From Nitrospirales bacterium (GTDB lineage: Bacteria; Nitrospirota; Nitrospiria; Nitrospirales; UBA8639): a DNA stretch of 64,000 bases. This document shows, in pieces, positions 61,192-64,000 of this stretch. Every line of letters begins with the position of its first letter. Position 1 is the first letter of the stretch. The notes below the pieces were generated by a model that saw only the letters and a list, made by a program, of their open reading frames with translations, was not told the origin of the DNA and did not search any database. The stretch spans positions 448,001 to 512,000 of the forward strand of contig CBDCWC010000003.1 in NCBI GenBank assembly GCA_965223295.1. The letters are read 5' to 3'. A program made the position numbers and the translations under genes.

Positions 61192-61872
61192 ATGATGTAC
61201 CCGCGGACTTTTTTGATACACAGCTTAAGCTGGGCGCTCTCTATCTTTTTCGTAATAATAAGCTTGCCTTGTTGGGCCGAGGATGCTCAGCTCACTGCAC
61301 CCCCTTCTGTCTTTCTGCCGAACGAACAGCAACATGGCTTTGCAGAATTTGACTCGCCGCCTGATTTTTTTAAAGATGAAGCGCCAAACGAAAACGTCGC
61401 TCCATACAAAGGCTACTCCGATTCACCACAACTCCCAAGCTTTGATCATAGGCCCAGCGGGCTGTTTGAAAGTTTGGTCTTTGCTGAAAGCTTCGAGGAA
61501 GACCGAACCATTCGGCGCGGACATATTCTTGTCCCGGTTAACCCCACTGATACCTTCGCACCTACGGCAAAAGCCGTGCACCTCGTGTTTGCTGTCCATG
61601 AACATTTGGCTCCGTACCAAATCATCGGGCGCCTCTTTCCAGAAGAGGTTCCAAATATGAATCCCAATCAATGGATCGATGAAGATCGTGCCGATTTAGC
61701 TTTGGAAGATGAAAGTGGGTATCTCAAATTCTTTGCCCCAAATGGATCGTGGCAACCAGGCCGCTATCGAGTCGACATCTACGTGGGGTACATGGTGAAC
61801 TCCCTGAATAGAATGGGAACCATGCGGTTTTTGGTTCAACCTGAGGTCCTACCATCAACAGTAGCCCCCTAG
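61192..61872 (+). CDS. Hypothetical exported protein
   Basis: Signal peptide ending CWA; C-terminal W.PGRYRVDIYV Ig-like strand. Confidence 0.7.
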   Translation: MMYPRTFLIHSLSWALSIFFVIISLPCWAEDAQLTAPPSVFLPNEQQHGFAEFDSPPDFFKDEAPNENVAPYKGYSDSPQLPSFDHRPSGLFESLVFAESFEEDRTIRRGHILVPVNPTDTFAPTAKAVHLVFAVHEHLAPYQIIGRLFPEEVPNMNPNQWIDEDRADLALEDESGYLKFFAPNGSWQPGRYRVDIYVGYMVNSLNRMGTMRFLVQPEVLPSTVAP

Positions 61873-62060
61873 AGTTTTTCCAGATTCTTGAATGAAATTT
61901 TCTTGTGCTTTCTTGACGCATCTCCATAATTGCCGTAAGGTGTTTGAGGGGTTTACCCTAAGAAGAAATCTTCTTCTTTTTCATAAAGACATTCCAAACA
62001 TCTTGAATCTTTTTTGATGAATCGTCACCTTCAAACACTTTTTGTTTTTCAGGACCCCTT

Positions 62061-62324
62061 GTGTTAAAAAAAAGCGGCGGCTATTTGCTGCTCTTCATTT
62101 TTATCGGAGGTCTGCTGGGAAGTATCTTAGGAGAAATTCTGCAGGTCGTTTCTCCACAGGGAACAGTCCAAAGTATTTTTGGAGAAGCCCTTAGCTTGGG
62201 ACTGGACCCCCCAGTGACCGTCAATCTTGTCTTAATCAAACTTACGTTAGGTTTTCTCCTCAAAATTAACCTACTCAGCGTCCTCGGCATGCTTCTCGGC
62301 GCGTATCTCTATAAACATATTTAA
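62061..62324 (+). CDS. DUF4321-like small membrane protein
   Basis: GGLLGSILGEIL...GLDPP..VNL....TLG....INLLS..G. Confidence 0.75.
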   Translation: MLKKSGGYLLLFIFIGGLLGSILGEILQVVSPQGTVQSIFGEALSLGLDPPVTVNLVLIKLTLGFLLKINLLSVLGMLLGAYLYKHI

Positions 62325-62343
62325 TGAGAAATCATAAATCATT

Positions 62344-62427
62344 TTTAGGGGTCAGACTCGAATTAATTGTGCCTGTCTATTCAAAAAATACATAATGTGA
62401 GCAATTAATTCGAGTCTGACCCCTAAA
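62344..62427. repeat. 26-bp perfect inverted repeat with 32-bp spacer (same family as 55512)
   Basis: TTTAGGGGTCAGACTCGAATTAATTG ... CAATTAATTCGAGTCTGACCCCTAAA. Confidence 0.9.
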
Positions 62428-62463
62428 TGCTGGGACAACACGAGTGGCGGACCGCTTCACAGC

Positions 62464-63270
62464 TTAGAAGCAGTGCTTCCTGACAAAAAGAAATGCGGCT
62501 ACTCCGGTTCCGAGCAAGAGCAAAGAACTCGGTTCAGGGACAGCCGTATTAGCCGAGGGAGTCATTGTTGGAAAATCTGGCACGCCTGCAGGGGTATTTG
62601 GCCCCTGGATAGAGGGAGGAAGAGGAAATGCAAATTGATCAGTGTCGACAGAAAAGGAAAACTGTTGCCCTTGCCCTAATGAACCTCCATTCAAGAACTC
62701 CATGTTCAGGGTTCCAAACAAATCACCACAAGGCTCAGCAACTCCATCTTGAATACAGTTTGTGTCTCCTTCGAGTACCACTGGCTCAGAAAAGGTGGCC
62801 TGTACATCCAATCCTGCGTCTTCACTCAGCAACGTTAAAACTGAGCCAAACCCAGAGGCTTCAGTGACCATAGGATCGTCAACAATGTCAAAGACGGTGT
62901 TTCCAGAAATTCCATCTATGGAAAACCCAACAACCTCATTCTCTGATTGATTGGTGAATGTCCATGGAGTGCCTAGCTTCGTATCCCCGGCTTGTATAAA
63001 GGACCAGCTTGATTGTTGTACACCGCCACTCGTAGTGCCAATTTCGTTCCAGGTTCCCGTTGTTGTGGTATTATCAACAAAAAAGATTGTTAATCCAATT
63101 CCACCCATCTCATTCCCGGTAATATTAATATCAATCAGCCCTGTGGCAGTTTTTGGATTACTCAAATCTTCCAGAACCGTAAGACTATCAGCCCAGACCT
63201 GAGATAACCCGATCGGGCCTAACACCAAACTAAAAATAAGTGCTGAAAAAACATTCCATTTACGTGCCAT
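62464..63270 (-). CDS. PEP-CTERM sorting-domain exported protein
   Basis: Signal peptide; C-terminal VPEPSSLLLLGTGVAAFLFVRK. Confidence 0.9.
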   Translation of the reverse strand: MARKWNVFSALIFSLVLGPIGLSQVWADSLTVLEDLSNPKTATGLIDINITGNEMGGIGLTIFFVDNTTTTGTWNEIGTTSGGVQQSSWSFIQAGDTKLGTPWTFTNQSENEVVGFSIDGISGNTVFDIVDDPMVTEASGFGSVLTLLSEDAGLDVQATFSEPVVLEGDTNCIQDGVAEPCGDLFGTLNMEFLNGGSLGQGQQFSFSVDTDQFAFPLPPSIQGPNTPAGVPDFPTMTPSANTAVPEPSSLLLLGTGVAAFLFVRKHCF

Positions 63271-63463
63271 GGCTACGCTCTCTGCTTGTTATTAAAGGAA
63301 TAAGATAAAAAAGATCATATCCATTTTGCATAAAATAAAGCAAACAATATCCTCACTGTCCTGGGCTTTGCTTATTTTCTCCAAACCCAAAAATTTGAGT
63401 TTATAACTGCCAAAATGAAAAAAGTATGCGTTATCAACAGTTTATGAAAATAATTATAGAACA

Positions 63464-64000
63464 CTACTGAATTTGAATACTTCCGCCCTGCTGGACTTCT
63501 AGAATCGCAGACCCTGGTGTCACATTAACCGAATTGACACTGCCATCGGCAAAGGTTCCTGCATCAACAAAAGGGTTAAATCCCGATGGAGCACTGAAGT
63601 TGGCTGGATCTCCAGCAACCATTAAACTTGGGTCAGAAAATGGAGCAAAACATCCCCCAGCGCTACACAAGTTATTGGAGACATTCACCATATTGGTCCC
63701 GCCACCAAAGTCCACCAAAGAACCTCCAGCCAAGGAGAATAAAGATCCTGCTCCAGTCACACTCACAAAGACTCCATTAATATTCGCCGTACTATTTCCT
63801 TGCAAGGATAATAAGGCTCCATTGGTGACTAATAACTGTGCCCCATCAGCCACAGTAAATAGATTCCCATTGGCCGTGAAAGCACTCGCATCCAGCCGAA
63901 CCAAGGCATCTCCAGTGACAAGGTTCGCGACAACTTTGGCGTTTTTCCCTCCAATTTGCCCAAAATCTGAAGTCGTTTCCATAGTTCCCTGAATCATTGC
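63464..64000 (-). CDS. 3' end of a Gly/Asn-rich exported beta-rich protein (partial)
   Basis: Open to the window edge; repetitive G/N/A-rich beta-strand-like sequence. Confidence 0.65.
   Translation of the reverse strand, partial: AMIQGTMETTSDFGQIGGKNAKVVANLVTGDALVRLDASAFTANGNLFTVADGAQLLVTNGALLSLQGNSTANINGVFVSVTGAGSLFSLAGGSLVDFGGGTNMVNVSNNLCSAGGCFAPFSDPSLMVAGDPANFSAPSGFNPFVDAGTFADGSVNSVNVTPGSAILEVQQGGSIQIQ

Noticed and set aside
62344-62427. Repeat-32 bp spacer-repeat resembling a mini CRISPR array
   Set aside because: The repeats are inverted rather than direct, there is one unit only, and no cas genes are present
63325-63345. sigma54 promoter for the PEP-CTERM gene
   Set aside because: TTGCTTTATTTTATGCA lacks the GG dinucleotide and the GG-N10-GC spacing

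Overview
A ~50% GC chromosomal window, most likely from a Nitrospirota (Nitrospirales) bacterium. This is an inference from the alginate-export-type porin, the FGE-sulfatase-domain protein, thiC+thi4, the PEP-CTERM protein and the intergenic repeat family. Most of it is core genome: miaB/mtaB, trkH, class II ribonucleotide reductase nrdJ, a long minus-strand run rho-rpmE-prfA-prmC-murA-hisGDBH-lipoprotein-hisAF(IE)-HIT-dnaG-tRNA(CAT)-zinc-ribbon-rnpB, cstA, yajQ, smc, ygfZ, TPP riboswitch-thiC-thi4, nadA, ileS-lspA, a porin, two tatA/B genes, three tRNAs, and an intact IS6-family element beside tRNA-Arg. The most interesting signals are non-coding. (1) Eleven copies of a modular ~75-205 bp non-autonomous element with three inverted-repeat motifs. 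Six copies have perfect 5-6 bp target duplications, and copies differ by swapped modules and nested REP-like cassettes. (2) A ~320 nt nrdJ leader with DnaA boxes, tandem NrdR boxes, a multi-stem RNA and a terminator that has an alternative pairing partner, making it a candidate unrecognised attenuator or riboswitch. (3) A DnaA-box cluster ahead of smc. (4) Several further REP-like palindrome families. No CRISPR array, prophage or rRNA was seen.
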